Assembly (NCBI GenBank): GCA_031441465.1
Contig: JANOEP010000035.1
Span: 12,785 to 76,784 of the forward strand
DNA: 64,000 nucleotides
Source: a bacterium
GTDB lineage: Bacteria > Krumholzibacteriota > Krumholzibacteriia > LZORAL124-64-63
Reading direction: 5' to 3'
The position numbers were made by a program, and so were the translations under genes. The notes under the pieces are model-generated. The model saw only the letters and a program-made list of their open reading frames with translations, did no database searches and had not been told where the DNA came from. This document shows, one piece after another, positions 18,229-27,283 of this stretch (its first letter is position 1; each line of letters starts with the position of its first letter).

Positions 18229-20988
18229 GTGTCCGGACACGCCCAGGGCGGAACCCACCGCCCGGACCCGGCGTACGACGATCCGCAGCGGCTGCGCGCC
18301 GTGCTGCGGCGGCGCGTGCTGCCCCTGGTCTCCCGTCCGGGGCGCTACCTGGGCGGGGAGCTGGGCGCATCGCACAAGGACTGGGACCCGACCCGCGCCA
18401 ACCTCCTGCTCTCCTACCCCGACGCCTACGAGCTGGGCATCTCCAACAACGGCCTGCGTATCCTCTACGCCGCGGTCAACGCGCGCGAGGACGCCTACGC
18501 CGACCTCGCGTTCGCGCCCTGGCCCGACCTCGAGGCGCAGCTGCGCGAGCAGCGCCTGCCCCTGTTCGCGCTGGAATCGGGCCGCTCCGCGCGCTCGTTC
18601 GACGTGATCGGCTTCTCCTTGGGCTACGAACTCTGCCTGACCAACCTGCTGACGATGCTCGACCTGGCGGGTGTGCCGCTGCGCGCCGCCGACCGCGCCG
18701 ACGGCGACCCGCTGGTGCTCGTCGGCGGGCACTGCGCCGCCAACCCGTCGGTGATCGGTCCCTTCGCCGACGTCGTGTGCGTGGGCGACGGGGAGGAGGC
18801 GCTCCTGGAAGTCGCCGACGCCGTCCGCGACGGCAAGCGGGCCGGCGAGGACCGCGCCGCGCTGCTGGCCCGGGTCCGCGCGGTCCCCGGCCTGTGGTGG
18901 GAGGGCAAGCCCGGCCGCACCGAGGCGCGCGTCGTGCGCGACTTGAACGCGTTCCCGCCCCCGGCCACGCTGGTGCCGGTGATCGAAGCGGTCCACGACC
19001 GCCTGTCCCTGGAGGTCATGCGGGGCTGCGTGCGGGGCTGCCGCTTTTGCCAGGCCGGGATGATCACCCGGCCGGTGCGGGAGCGGGACGTGGCCCAGGT
19101 CGTCGACTGCGCGGTCACGGGCGCGCGCGACCTCGGCTGGGAGGAAGTGTCGCTGCTCTCGCTCTCGACCTGCGACTACACGGGTCTGGGCGCGGCGATG
19201 GCGGGGATCCTCGAGGGCATCGGCGACACGCGCACGTCGCTGGAGCTGCCCAGCCTGCGCGTCGACGCCCTGGACGAGGGGCTTTACGGCCTGGTCCAGC
19301 AGGAGCGGCCCTCGTCCTTCACCTTCGCGCCCGAGGCCGGCAGCCAGCGCCTGCGCGACGTGGTCAACAAGAACGTCACCGAACAGGACGTCATGACCAG
19401 CGTGCGGCGCGCCTTCGCCGCCGGCGCCAAGAAGATCAAGCTCTACTTCATGACGGGCCTGCCCACCGAGACCGACGAGGATCTGCTCGCCGCGGTGGAG
19501 CTGGTGGAGAAGGTGGTGGCCGCGGCGCCGCGCGGCGGGGCGCAGGTCACCGCTTCGTTCTCGCCCTTCGCGCCGAAGGCGCACACGCCGTTCCAGTGGG
19601 CCGGCCAGGTGTCCCGGCTCGAGATGGGCCGGCGCAACGAGCTGCTGGCGAGCCGGCTGCGCGGCAGCCGCATCAAGCTCAGCCTGCGCGACCCCGACGT
19701 GTCCTGGCTGGAGGGCGTGCTGGGTCTCGGCGACGCCGCCGTGGCCGAGGTCGTGGAGCGGGCCTGGCGCCTGGGCGCCCGCTTCGACGGTTGGGACGAG
19801 ATGTTCCACGCCGGGCGGTGGGAGCAGGCCTTCGCCGAGGCGGGCGTCGATCCGGACTCCTACCTCGCGCCCCGCGATCCGGTCGCGCCGCTGCCCTGGG
19901 ACGGCGTCTTCGCGCAGGTGGACCGCGATTTCCTGCGCCGCGACTGGGAGCTGGCGCAGGCCGGCGCCACGGTGCGGGATTGCCGCCTCGAGGGCGGCTG
20001 CGAGCAGTGCGAGGCCTGCGGCCCCGGCCTGGTCCACGTGTTTGCTGAACAGCCCGACGGGTCGCGCGCACAGCGCGGGCAGGTCGCGGCCCCGGCGACG
20101 TCGCCGCTCGAAGTCGCGGCGGCGCCGGCCGCCGTCGTTTCCCTGTTCGATCCCCGCAACGCCGATCCGGCGGACCCGCGCCGCGAGCGCCCGCAGTGGC
20201 GCAAGTGGCGCGAGCGGGCGTCCGAGAAGTGCTGGTTCCGGGCGAGCTATGCCAAGGACGGCGATGCCGTCTGGCTGGGCCACCTCGACTTCCAGCGCCT
20301 GCTGCAGATGGCCCTGCGCCGCTCCGCCCTGCCGGTGGCGTACAGCCAGGGCTTCCACCCTCACCTGCTGATCAAGTTCGGCCCGCCCCTGCCGGTGGGC
20401 GTGGCCGGCGACGACGAGCTGCTGGACCTCGCCCTGCTGCACGATGTGCACGACTGGGTGCCGCAGCTGAACCGGCAGTTGCCCCCGACGATCCGCTTGC
20501 TGGCGGCCGAGCCCATGGGGCCGGTCGTGCCGGAGTCGATCGAGCAGGGGGTCGACCGCAGCGACTACCGGGCCCTGTTGCCGCCGCCGGCCGACGGCGG
20601 GCCTTCCGTGGCGACTTTACGCCGGCTGGCCGGGGAGTTCCTGGCCGCGTCGAGCCGCACCGTCGTGCGCCAGCGTCCCAAGGGGGACGTGGCGGTGGAC
20701 GTGCGCCCGCTGCTGTGCGAGGACCGCCTCGCGGTGGCGGAGACTCCCGGTCCCGACGGCGGGGCCGCCCTGACCTTTTCCCTGCAGCGCCTCCCGGCTC
20801 AGCCCGGGCTGCCTGCCCATGATTTCCTCGCGGCCCTCTGCGGCGACGCGCTTCCGGAACCCCGACATGCCGAGTTGCGGCGCACGGCCCTGCTGATGCG
20901 CCGGCCGGACGGGTCCTGGGCCTCGCCGCTCGACGGTGTCCGCGAACATAACCAGCGGTTCTGGTTGCAGCGTCACTTGACGGCCTGA
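18229..20988 (+). CDS. TIGR03960-like B12-binding radical SAM protein fused to TIGR03936/DUF2344 domain
   Basis: PGRYLGGE, YPDAYELGISN, CxxxCxxC in RGCVRGCRFCQAG, TFAPEAGSQRLR, KLYFMTGLPTE, PKAHTPFQW, then HLDFQRLLQMALRRSALPVAYSQGFHPH. GTG start inferred. Confidence 0.88.
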   Translation: MSGHAQGGTHRPDPAYDDPQRLRAVLRRRVLPLVSRPGRYLGGELGASHKDWDPTRANLLLSYPDAYELGISNNGLRILYAAVNAREDAYADLAFAPWPDLEAQLREQRLPLFALESGRSARSFDVIGFSLGYELCLTNLLTMLDLAGVPLRAADRADGDPLVLVGGHCAANPSVIGPFADVVCVGDGEEALLEVADAVRDGKRAGEDRAALLARVRAVPGLWWEGKPGRTEARVVRDLNAFPPPATLVPVIEAVHDRLSLEVMRGCVRGCRFCQAGMITRPVRERDVAQVVDCAVTGARDLGWEEVSLLSLSTCDYTGLGAAMAGILEGIGDTRTSLELPSLRVDALDEGLYGLVQQERPSSFTFAPEAGSQRLRDVVNKNVTEQDVMTSVRRAFAAGAKKIKLYFMTGLPTETDEDLLAAVELVEKVVAAAPRGGAQVTASFSPFAPKAHTPFQWAGQVSRLEMGRRNELLASRLRGSRIKLSLRDPDVSWLEGVLGLGDAAVAEVVERAWRLGARFDGWDEMFHAGRWEQAFAEAGVDPDSYLAPRDPVAPLPWDGVFAQVDRDFLRRDWELAQAGATVRDCRLEGGCEQCEACGPGLVHVFAEQPDGSRAQRGQVAAPATSPLEVAAAPAAVVSLFDPRNADPADPRRERPQWRKWRERASEKCWFRASYAKDGDAVWLGHLDFQRLLQMALRRSALPVAYSQGFHPHLLIKFGPPLPVGVAGDDELLDLALLHDVHDWVPQLNRQLPPTIRLLAAEPMGPVVPESIEQGVDRSDYRALLPPPADGGPSVATLRRLAGEFLAASSRTVVRQRPKGDVAVDVRPLLCEDRLAVAETPGPDGGAALTFSLQRLPAQPGLPAHDFLAALCGDALPEPRHAELRRTALLMRRPDGSWASPLDGVREHNQRFWLQRHLTA

Positions 20989-21013
20989 ACCGCCCACAGA
21001 CGGGAATACCGAC

Positions 21014-23071
21014 ATGCGCAAGGACATCATCATCAACTCGAATCCCCACGAGATCCGCATCGGCATCCGCGAGGACGGCGAGCTGGTCGAGCTGCTCATC
21101 GAGCGCGCCGACAGCAAGCGGATCGTGGGCAACCTCTACCGCGGGATCGTCACGTCGGTGAAGCCGGGCCTGCAGGCGGCCTTCGTCGACATCGGGCTGG
21201 AGCGGGCGGGTTTCCTGCACGCCTCGGACCTGGTGCACGAGGACCCCGAATCGGTCGAGGCGGTCGACGGGCCGCTGCCCGCCGGCGGCGGCCGCAGCGG
21301 GCGCAACGCCCAGGTCCCCGACATCGGCGACATGCTGAAGGTCGGCGACAAGATCCTGGTCCAGGTCACCAAGGAACCCATCAGCAGCAAGGGCCCGCGC
21401 CTGACCGCCGACATCAGCCTGCCGGGCCGCTTCCTGGTCTACATGCCCAAGGGCCACCACGTCGGCGTCTCGCGCAAGATCGAGGACCGGCACGAGCGCG
21501 TGCGCCTGAAGCGCATCCTCCAGGAAGCCCGCCCCGACGCCGGCGCCTTCATCGTCCGCACCGCGGCGGAGGAGGCCGACGAGAAGGCCATCCGCGCCGA
21601 CGTCAAGTACCTGTCGGACCTGTGGCTGACGGTCGAGGCCGCCGACCGCGAGGCCCAGGCGCCGTCGCTGGTCCACGAGGACGTGGGCATGGTCGTGGGA
21701 CTGATCCGCGACATCTTCAAGGAGGACGTCGACCAGCTCGTCATCGACGACAAGGACGACTACAAGCGCCTCCAGAAGTACGTGCAGATCTTCGCCCCGG
21801 AGATCAAGGACCGCGTCCGGCTGCACCGCGACGCCTCGGCCATCTTCGACCACTACGACATCGAGCAGGAGATCCGCAAGAGCACCGAGCCCAAGGTCTG
21901 GATGAAGAAGGGCGGCTACATCGTCATCGAGCAGACCGAGGCGCTGGTCTCGATCGACGTGAACACCGGCCGCTTCGTCGGCCGCCACAACCAGGAAGAC
22001 ACGATCGTCGAGACCAATCTGCTGGCCGCCCGCGAGGTGGCCCGCCAGCTGCGCCTGCGCGACATCGGCGGCATCATCGTGGTCGACTTCATCGACATGG
22101 AGTCCGAGGGGAACAAGAAGCGCGTGCTGAACGAGCTGCGCAACGCCCTGAAGAACGACCGCGCACGCACCAAGGTCTTCCCGGTCAGCAACCTGGGCTT
22201 GGCCGAGATGAGCCGCCAGCGCGTCCGCCCGTCGCTGGTGTCGTTCCTGAGCGACGACTGCCCCTACTGCCACGGCGCCGGCAAGGTGCTCAGCCTCGAG
22301 ACGCTCGCCAACCGCATCGAGCGCGAGGTGCACCGCGTGCACCACAAGACGGGAGAGAAGCAGCTGCAGATCGTGGCCAACCCCATGCTGGTCCTCTACC
22401 TGACCAGCGAGCGCTCCGACCAGCTGGACGACCTGTGCCGCGAGCACGACATGATCATCGACGTGACCGACGACCCCGGCCTGCACCGCGAGAACTACCA
22501 GGTGCTGTCCCTGAAGTCGGACCGCGATCTGATCCAGGAGGCCGAGAAGCGCTTCCTGCCGCGCGGACGCGGCAACCGCGGCCATGCCGCGGCCCAGACG
22601 ACGGGTCCCGGGAGGGACCGTTTCGACCGCACGGAGCGCCCGGCGCGCCCCGACCGCAACGAGCGGCCGGACCGCAACGAACATCCCGATCGCAACGATC
22701 GTCCGGACCGGTCCGACCTCCAGGATCAGTTCGACGGACCGGACCGGCCGGATCACGAAGAGCTTGCCGATCGGGCCGAAGTTCAGCGCGAGCGCGACGC
22801 CGAGCCGCGGCGGCGCCCGGCCGGGCCGCCCCGAGCGCGCCCGGAATACCGCCGACCGCGAGCCGCCGAGAGCGCTGAAAGCCGCAACACCGGTGGGGGT
22901 CGCGTGAGCGAGGCGCGCGACGGCGCTCCGGCCGACGACGGCGCGGACACCTCCCCGCGGCCGCGCCGACGCGGCCGTCGCGGCGGGCGGCGCCGTTCGA
23001 CCAGGCCCGGGGGCGAGGGCGAGTCCGGGGGCGACAACGGGTTCGCCGGTGGGGGCGCCTCCGCCGAGTAG
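21014..23071 (+). CDS. rne: Ribonuclease E/G family endoribonuclease with disordered Arg/Asp-rich C-terminal tail
   Basis: S1 domain (GNLYRG, AAFVDIG), IDVNTG, RQLRLRDIGGIIVVDFIDM, Zn-link CPYCHGAG, RRRGRRGGRRR tail. Confidence 0.93.
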   Translation: MRKDIIINSNPHEIRIGIREDGELVELLIERADSKRIVGNLYRGIVTSVKPGLQAAFVDIGLERAGFLHASDLVHEDPESVEAVDGPLPAGGGRSGRNAQVPDIGDMLKVGDKILVQVTKEPISSKGPRLTADISLPGRFLVYMPKGHHVGVSRKIEDRHERVRLKRILQEARPDAGAFIVRTAAEEADEKAIRADVKYLSDLWLTVEAADREAQAPSLVHEDVGMVVGLIRDIFKEDVDQLVIDDKDDYKRLQKYVQIFAPEIKDRVRLHRDASAIFDHYDIEQEIRKSTEPKVWMKKGGYIVIEQTEALVSIDVNTGRFVGRHNQEDTIVETNLLAAREVARQLRLRDIGGIIVVDFIDMESEGNKKRVLNELRNALKNDRARTKVFPVSNLGLAEMSRQRVRPSLVSFLSDDCPYCHGAGKVLSLETLANRIEREVHRVHHKTGEKQLQIVANPMLVLYLTSERSDQLDDLCREHDMIIDVTDDPGLHRENYQVLSLKSDRDLIQEAEKRFLPRGRGNRGHAAAQTTGPGRDRFDRTERPARPDRNERPDRNEHPDRNDRPDRSDLQDQFDGPDRPDHEELADRAEVQRERDAEPRRRPAGPPRARPEYRRPRAAESAESRNTGGGRVSEARDGAPADDGADTSPRPRRRGRRGGRRRSTRPGGEGESGGDNGFAGGGASAE
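22649..22720 (+). repeat. Four 18-bp in-frame imperfect tandem repeats (PDRNER/PDRNEH/PDRNDR/PDRSDL) in the RNase E tail
   Basis: cccgaccgcaacgagcgg ccggaccgcaacgaacat cccgatcgcaacgatcgt ccggaccggtccgacctc. Confidence 0.85.
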
Positions 23072-23111
23072 CCGCGACGAGCGGCGGGCGGACAATCAGC
23101 GGAACGGAAGA

Positions 23112-24071
23112 TCAGCGGGGCGGCGTCGGTGCGATGCCGCCCCGCAACTGCAGGCGGGCCAGACGCTGGAAATTGTCGGCGAGCGCCGTGTGGCGCGCCC
23201 GGCCCGGTCCCGGCCGCGCGGCCAGCAGGCGGCGGGCCGCGCACTTCAGGCCATACTCCAGGCCCATGGCCGCGCGGAACAGCGGCACCTGCCAAGCACC
23301 GCGATGCTTCGCCACGAACAGCCGGTAGGAATGTTGGAACTGCGCCAGCGCGAAGTCGCTGACCCGGGCCGCGGCGCGTCCTTCCAGGTGGACGACCTCG
23401 ACGCCGGCGACGTGGTAGACGTCCCACCCCTTCTGCGCGGCGCGGGCGCACCAGTCGGTCTCCTCGAAATACAGGAAGAACCGTTCGTCGAGCGGCCCCA
23501 CGTCGTCGAGCGCGTCCGCGGCGATCATCATGCAGGCGCCGGCGACGTAGCCGACTTTCCGTGTCCCGTCGCGCCGGTCCGGAATCCGGGCGAACGTCGC
23601 CCGGCGCAGGCAGGGCGGCCAGCGGCGCCGGTGGGGTCCCAGCAGTTCCAGCAGGTGGTAGCGCAGGGCCGGCAGGTTGCCGTAGGTGATCGTGATCCCG
23701 CCGTCGGCGTCGGTCAGCGTAGGGCCGACCGCGGCCGCACGCGGCGTCGCGACGAGGAAGGCGTGCAACGCCGCGAGCGATCCGGGACGGCAGATCGTGT
23801 CCGGGTTCAGCAGCAGGACCGCCGAACCCTCCACCCGCCCGAGCACGAGGTTGTTGGCGGCCGCGAACCCCAGATTGCGGCCCGCGTCCACGAGGTCCAC
23901 CCAGGGGAATTCGCGGCGGACGAACTCGACCGAGCCGTCCGACGACCCGTTGTCCACGACGTAGGTTTTCGCGGGCAAGTCGACCAGGGCGGCCTCCAGG
24001 GAAGCCAGGCACGGGCCGAGCAGGTCGCGCGTGTTCCAGTTGACGATGATGATCGACAGGGCTGGTGTCAT
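23112..24071 (-). CDS. Glycosyltransferase family 2 (rhamnosyltransferase-like)
   Basis: LSIIIVNWN, VVDNGSSDGS, NLGFAAANN, LLNPD, GACMM, DERFFLYFEETDWC. Confidence 0.92.
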   Translation of the reverse strand: MTPALSIIIVNWNTRDLLGPCLASLEAALVDLPAKTYVVDNGSSDGSVEFVRREFPWVDLVDAGRNLGFAAANNLVLGRVEGSAVLLLNPDTICRPGSLAALHAFLVATPRAAAVGPTLTDADGGITITYGNLPALRYHLLELLGPHRRRWPPCLRRATFARIPDRRDGTRKVGYVAGACMMIAADALDDVGPLDERFFLYFEETDWCARAAQKGWDVYHVAGVEVVHLEGRAAARVSDFALAQFQHSYRLFVAKHRGAWQVPLFRAAMGLEYGLKCAARRLLAARPGPGRARHTALADNFQRLARLQLRGGIAPTPPR

Positions 24072-24118
24072 GGTCCGCGCCTGAACTGCACCTGGTCGCG
24101 CATACTCCTGGGACCTCC

Positions 24119-24862
24119 CTACCGCGGCTTGACGGCGCGGGCGATCAGGAACAAGCCTGGCCCCGAGGCGCACGCCGCCTCTTCCCGGAAGAAGCGCCGG
24201 GTCAGCCGGGCCGTGCGCCACCGGCCGAAGTTGAAGCCGCGCTCGATCCCCCGCTGGAACAGCGCCACGGCGAAGGGACTCCGGAAGACGGGCTCCACGA
24301 CGACGTCCTGGAACCCGACCGAGACCAGCAGGTCGCGCAATTCCTCGCGACGGTAGTAGTGCTGCACGGCGTGGGCGCGCCGGTGCCGCTCGACGAGGCC
24401 GGCGTCGGTGATCGCCTCGAGCGAGTCCACCGAGAAGATCATCTCGCCGCCCGGCTTGAGCAGGCGCAGCGCCGTCCGGATGACGCTCACGTGGTCGGGA
24501 ATGTGTTCGATCACGCAGATGCTGAAGATGCGGTCGAAGGTGCCGTCCGCGAACCCCGCCGCCTCGATGGGGACGTCCAGGAAGTCCGCCCGGACACGCC
24601 CCGGCAGGTGGCGGGCGAACCAGCGCGCCCTGGCGATGAAGCCCGGGTCGACGTCCAGACCCGTGATGTGGCCGCAGCGCCGGCCCAGCAGCAGGGTGTG
24701 GTTGCCCGTGCCGCAGCCGATGTCCAGGACCCGTTCGTCGCCGCACCAGGCGAGGCCGCGGGTGAGTTCGGCGAACTCGTAGATCTTGAACGGGCTGTAG
24801 GTGAAATAGATGTGCGGGTAGAGGCGCAGCTTCAGCAGGAGCAGCCACAGCAGGTTCTTCAA
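24119..24862 (-). CDS. Class I SAM-dependent methyltransferase
   Basis: VLDIGCGTG, FDRIFSICVIEH, LLKPGG. TTG start after GAGGTG inferred. Confidence 0.88.
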   Translation of the reverse strand: MKNLLWLLLLKLRLYPHIYFTYSPFKIYEFAELTRGLAWCGDERVLDIGCGTGNHTLLLGRRCGHITGLDVDPGFIARARWFARHLPGRVRADFLDVPIEAAGFADGTFDRIFSICVIEHIPDHVSVIRTALRLLKPGGEMIFSVDSLEAITDAGLVERHRRAHAVQHYYRREELRDLLVSVGFQDVVVEPVFRSPFAVALFQRGIERGFNFGRWRTARLTRRFFREEAACASGPGLFLIARAVKPR

Positions 24863-24890
24863 GCGGCACCTCGGCGGTCGCTGGTGGTCG

Positions 24891-25727
24891 TCAGTTCTTG
24901 CGGCTGGCCCGGCGCAGGATCTCCCGTTCCTGCTCGGTGAGGCTGGCGAGCCCCTCGCGGGAGATCTTTTCCAGGAGGCGGTCGATCTCGTCGCGGGGCG
25001 CGGCGGGTCCCGATGCTGGCGGCGGCGCGTCGTCCAGGACGTGGAAGCGGCCGCGGGCCCGGTTGCGGCGACGCGAACGGGTGTACTTCCGCCACAGCCC
25101 ATCGCCGACCTTGAGGTAGAGCACGCCGAACAGGATGCCCCCGAGGTGGGCGAGGTGCCCCACGCTCGACGGGGTCCGGGTCGCCAGCAGCTCAAAGATC
25201 CCCAGGCCGATCACGAACCACTTCACCTTGATCGGAATCAGGAACCACAGCAGGACGCGGCGCTCGGGGTAGAGCAGGCCGTAGGCGGTCAGGATGCCGT
25301 AGCCCGCGCCCGAGGCCCCGATCAGCGGGATCGCCGCGGTGGCCGGCTCGATGCGCGGCATCAGCAGCACGTAGACCAGGCCCGCGCCGACCCCGGTGAA
25401 CAGGTAGTAGCGCAGGAAGGCTCGCTTGCCCCACTGGGTGTCGATTTCCGAACCGAACATCCAGAGCAGGAACATGTTGAAGAAGATGTGCCAGAAGTTC
25501 TGGTGCAGGAACATGTAGGTCACGAACTGCCAGATGTACCCGCGGTCCAGGGCCTGGCGGGGCACGAGTCCGAAGAGCTGATCGAAGGCGTAGCGGGTCT
25601 CGCCGTCGCCCAGGAGCATGCGCAGCACGAACACCGTGATGTTGACGGCGAGCAGGGCGCGGACCGTGGGGGTCAGCGCGGGGCCGAAGCTGAAACCGAT
25701 CGACTGTCCCGAACCGTAGGATCGCAC
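24891..25727 (-). CDS. Rhomboid family intramembrane serine protease with C-terminal helical extension
   Basis: WQFVTYMFLH, HIFFNM, GASG catalytic Ser, AHLGG His, tail EIDRLLEKISREGLASLT. Confidence 0.92.
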   Translation of the reverse strand: MRSYGSGQSIGFSFGPALTPTVRALLAVNITVFVLRMLLGDGETRYAFDQLFGLVPRQALDRGYIWQFVTYMFLHQNFWHIFFNMFLLWMFGSEIDTQWGKRAFLRYYLFTGVGAGLVYVLLMPRIEPATAAIPLIGASGAGYGILTAYGLLYPERRVLLWFLIPIKVKWFVIGLGIFELLATRTPSSVGHLAHLGGILFGVLYLKVGDGLWRKYTRSRRRNRARGRFHVLDDAPPPASGPAAPRDEIDRLLEKISREGLASLTEQEREILRRASRKN

Positions 25728-25815
25728 TTGTAGATCTCCCTTGGTCGCTGGCCGGCACCCAAACTACAACATCGGGGGCGCTCTGGCACGGGAAATGACC
25801 GCCGGTACGAGCCGG

Positions 25816-25851
25816 AAAAGGAACAGGGCGGGAACTCGCGTCCCCGCCCTG
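25816..25851 (-). terminator. Rho-independent terminator after the fadL-SGNH operon
   Basis: On the minus strand, CAGGGCGGG..CCCGCCCTG stem followed by TTCCTTTT. Confidence 0.7.
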
Positions 25852-25873
25852 CGCTTTCGCGGCACGGTGCCCG

Positions 25874-27268
25874 CTAGCGGAAGATGGCGTCCATCGCCCT
25901 GGCCGCCTCGGGGCTCAGGCCCGGGGCCGCCTTCTCGTCGATGGGGATCCCGTAGGTCGGGTCCCAGGTCAGGTTCGCCAGGTTGACGCTCGGGATCGAG
26001 GTGTCCAGCGCCTCGTTGATCGTGGCGATCATGCCGTTGGCGACGAAACCGTAGCCGCGGTTGTTCGGGTGGATGCCGTCGAGGGAGAAGTAGGTCGTCG
26101 CCGCGGCGATGGCCGCCCCGTACTGCGCCTCCAGCGCCAGGAAGTGCGTGGCCTGGCCGGCGGTCAGGCCCGCCAGGGCGGCGTGCGCGTCGTACAAGTA
26201 GACGTGGTCGCGCTCGTCCACGGCCGTGGCGATGGCCGCGTTGAATCCCGTGACCGCGTCCTGCACGACCGCCGTCTCGGTGACGTCCAAGGTGTACTCC
26301 TCGGGCAGGGGCAGGCCGGCCATACCCTCATCGGCGAGGTAGCTCAGGGTCGGGAAGCGGACGTAGACCGCGTCGGCTTCGGTGAACAGGTTGGCGTCAG
26401 GGAGCGTCTCGGGTCCCGGCAAGCCGGCCATGGCCCGGAACAGCGCCTTGGGCATGAAGTAGGGCGTGCTGGCGATGTCCGGCACGTTGGCCGTGATGAT
26501 CACCGGCGTGAAACCGGTGCGGGCGAACACCGTGTCGGTGACGCGGTCGAGCAGCGCCTCGTACATCGCGGCGAAGGCCGTCGGCGGCGTCACGTTGACG
26601 CCCAGGACCGGCTCGCCGCTGGTGGCGCCGCCGAGGGCGTCGTTGTTGCCCAGCCAGCAGGTGACCAGGGTCGGCCCCAGCGACGCGGCCTGGTCGCACA
26701 TGACCACGCCGCCGAAGACGCTGTTGCGCAGGATGAAGTCGAAGTACGAGTTGCCCGGCGACTGGCTGTTGGCCGAGCTGGTGGCGTTCATGCCGTCCCA
26801 CAGCGTCGCGCCCGGCACGCCCAGGTTCTGGTAGGCCACCGGCCACCGGGCGGCCAGCAGCAGCGTGCTCTGCACGTCCGCCAGCGGCGTCCGGCCGGCC
26901 AGCGAGAGGCTGGCGCCGTCGAAGCGCAGCACGCCGGCCGCGTAGCCCTCGCCGGCGTCGGAGCTGCCGATGCCCGGCATCGCGATCAGCGGCTGCATGA
27001 ACGAGCCCGCCGGGTAGCCCAGCGCCGAGGCGATGAGCTGCGGGTAGGAGTTGACCTGGCCGTTCATCACCAGCCCGCCGTCCATGAAACCGGCGGTCAG
27101 GCTGTTGCCGATGGCCACGTAGTTGGAGAAGATCGCCTCGCCGGTCGGCTGCTCGTAGGTCAGCTCCACCGGCGCGGGTGTCTCGACGCTGCAGCCCGCG
27201 GCCAGGAGGGCCAGCAGGGCGACGGCGGTCGCCAGGGTCGTCGCCAGGGTCTTGGTGTGCTTGTTCAT
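25874..27268 (-). CDS. SGNH/GDSL hydrolase lipoprotein
   Basis: Lipobox LAAGC; blocks GNSLTAG, NLGVPG, LGNND, DGIHP. Confidence 0.88.
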   Translation of the reverse strand: MNKHTKTLATTLATAVALLALLAAGCSVETPAPVELTYEQPTGEAIFSNYVAIGNSLTAGFMDGGLVMNGQVNSYPQLIASALGYPAGSFMQPLIAMPGIGSSDAGEGYAAGVLRFDGASLSLAGRTPLADVQSTLLLAARWPVAYQNLGVPGATLWDGMNATSSANSQSPGNSYFDFILRNSVFGGVVMCDQAASLGPTLVTCWLGNNDALGGATSGEPVLGVNVTPPTAFAAMYEALLDRVTDTVFARTGFTPVIITANVPDIASTPYFMPKALFRAMAGLPGPETLPDANLFTEADAVYVRFPTLSYLADEGMAGLPLPEEYTLDVTETAVVQDAVTGFNAAIATAVDERDHVYLYDAHAALAGLTAGQATHFLALEAQYGAAIAAATTYFSLDGIHPNNRGYGFVANGMIATINEALDTSIPSVNLANLTWDPTYGIPIDEKAAPGLSPEAARAMDAIFR

Positions 27269-27283
27269 CGCGGTCCTCCTTTC

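Noticed and set aside
12611..18370. 1919-aa minus-strand ORF and other long antisense or alternate-frame ORFs (e.g. 42738-46037, 48396-52229, 56990-61330, 20372-23095)
   Set aside because: They shadow well-supported genes, have Arg/Gly/Ala/Pro-rich low-information translations and no motifs, as expected from stop-codon scarcity in high-GC DNA.
22649..22720. 18-bp tandem repeats as a possible CRISPR or mini-array
   Set aside because: In-frame coding repeats with synonymous variation and no spacers; no cas genes.
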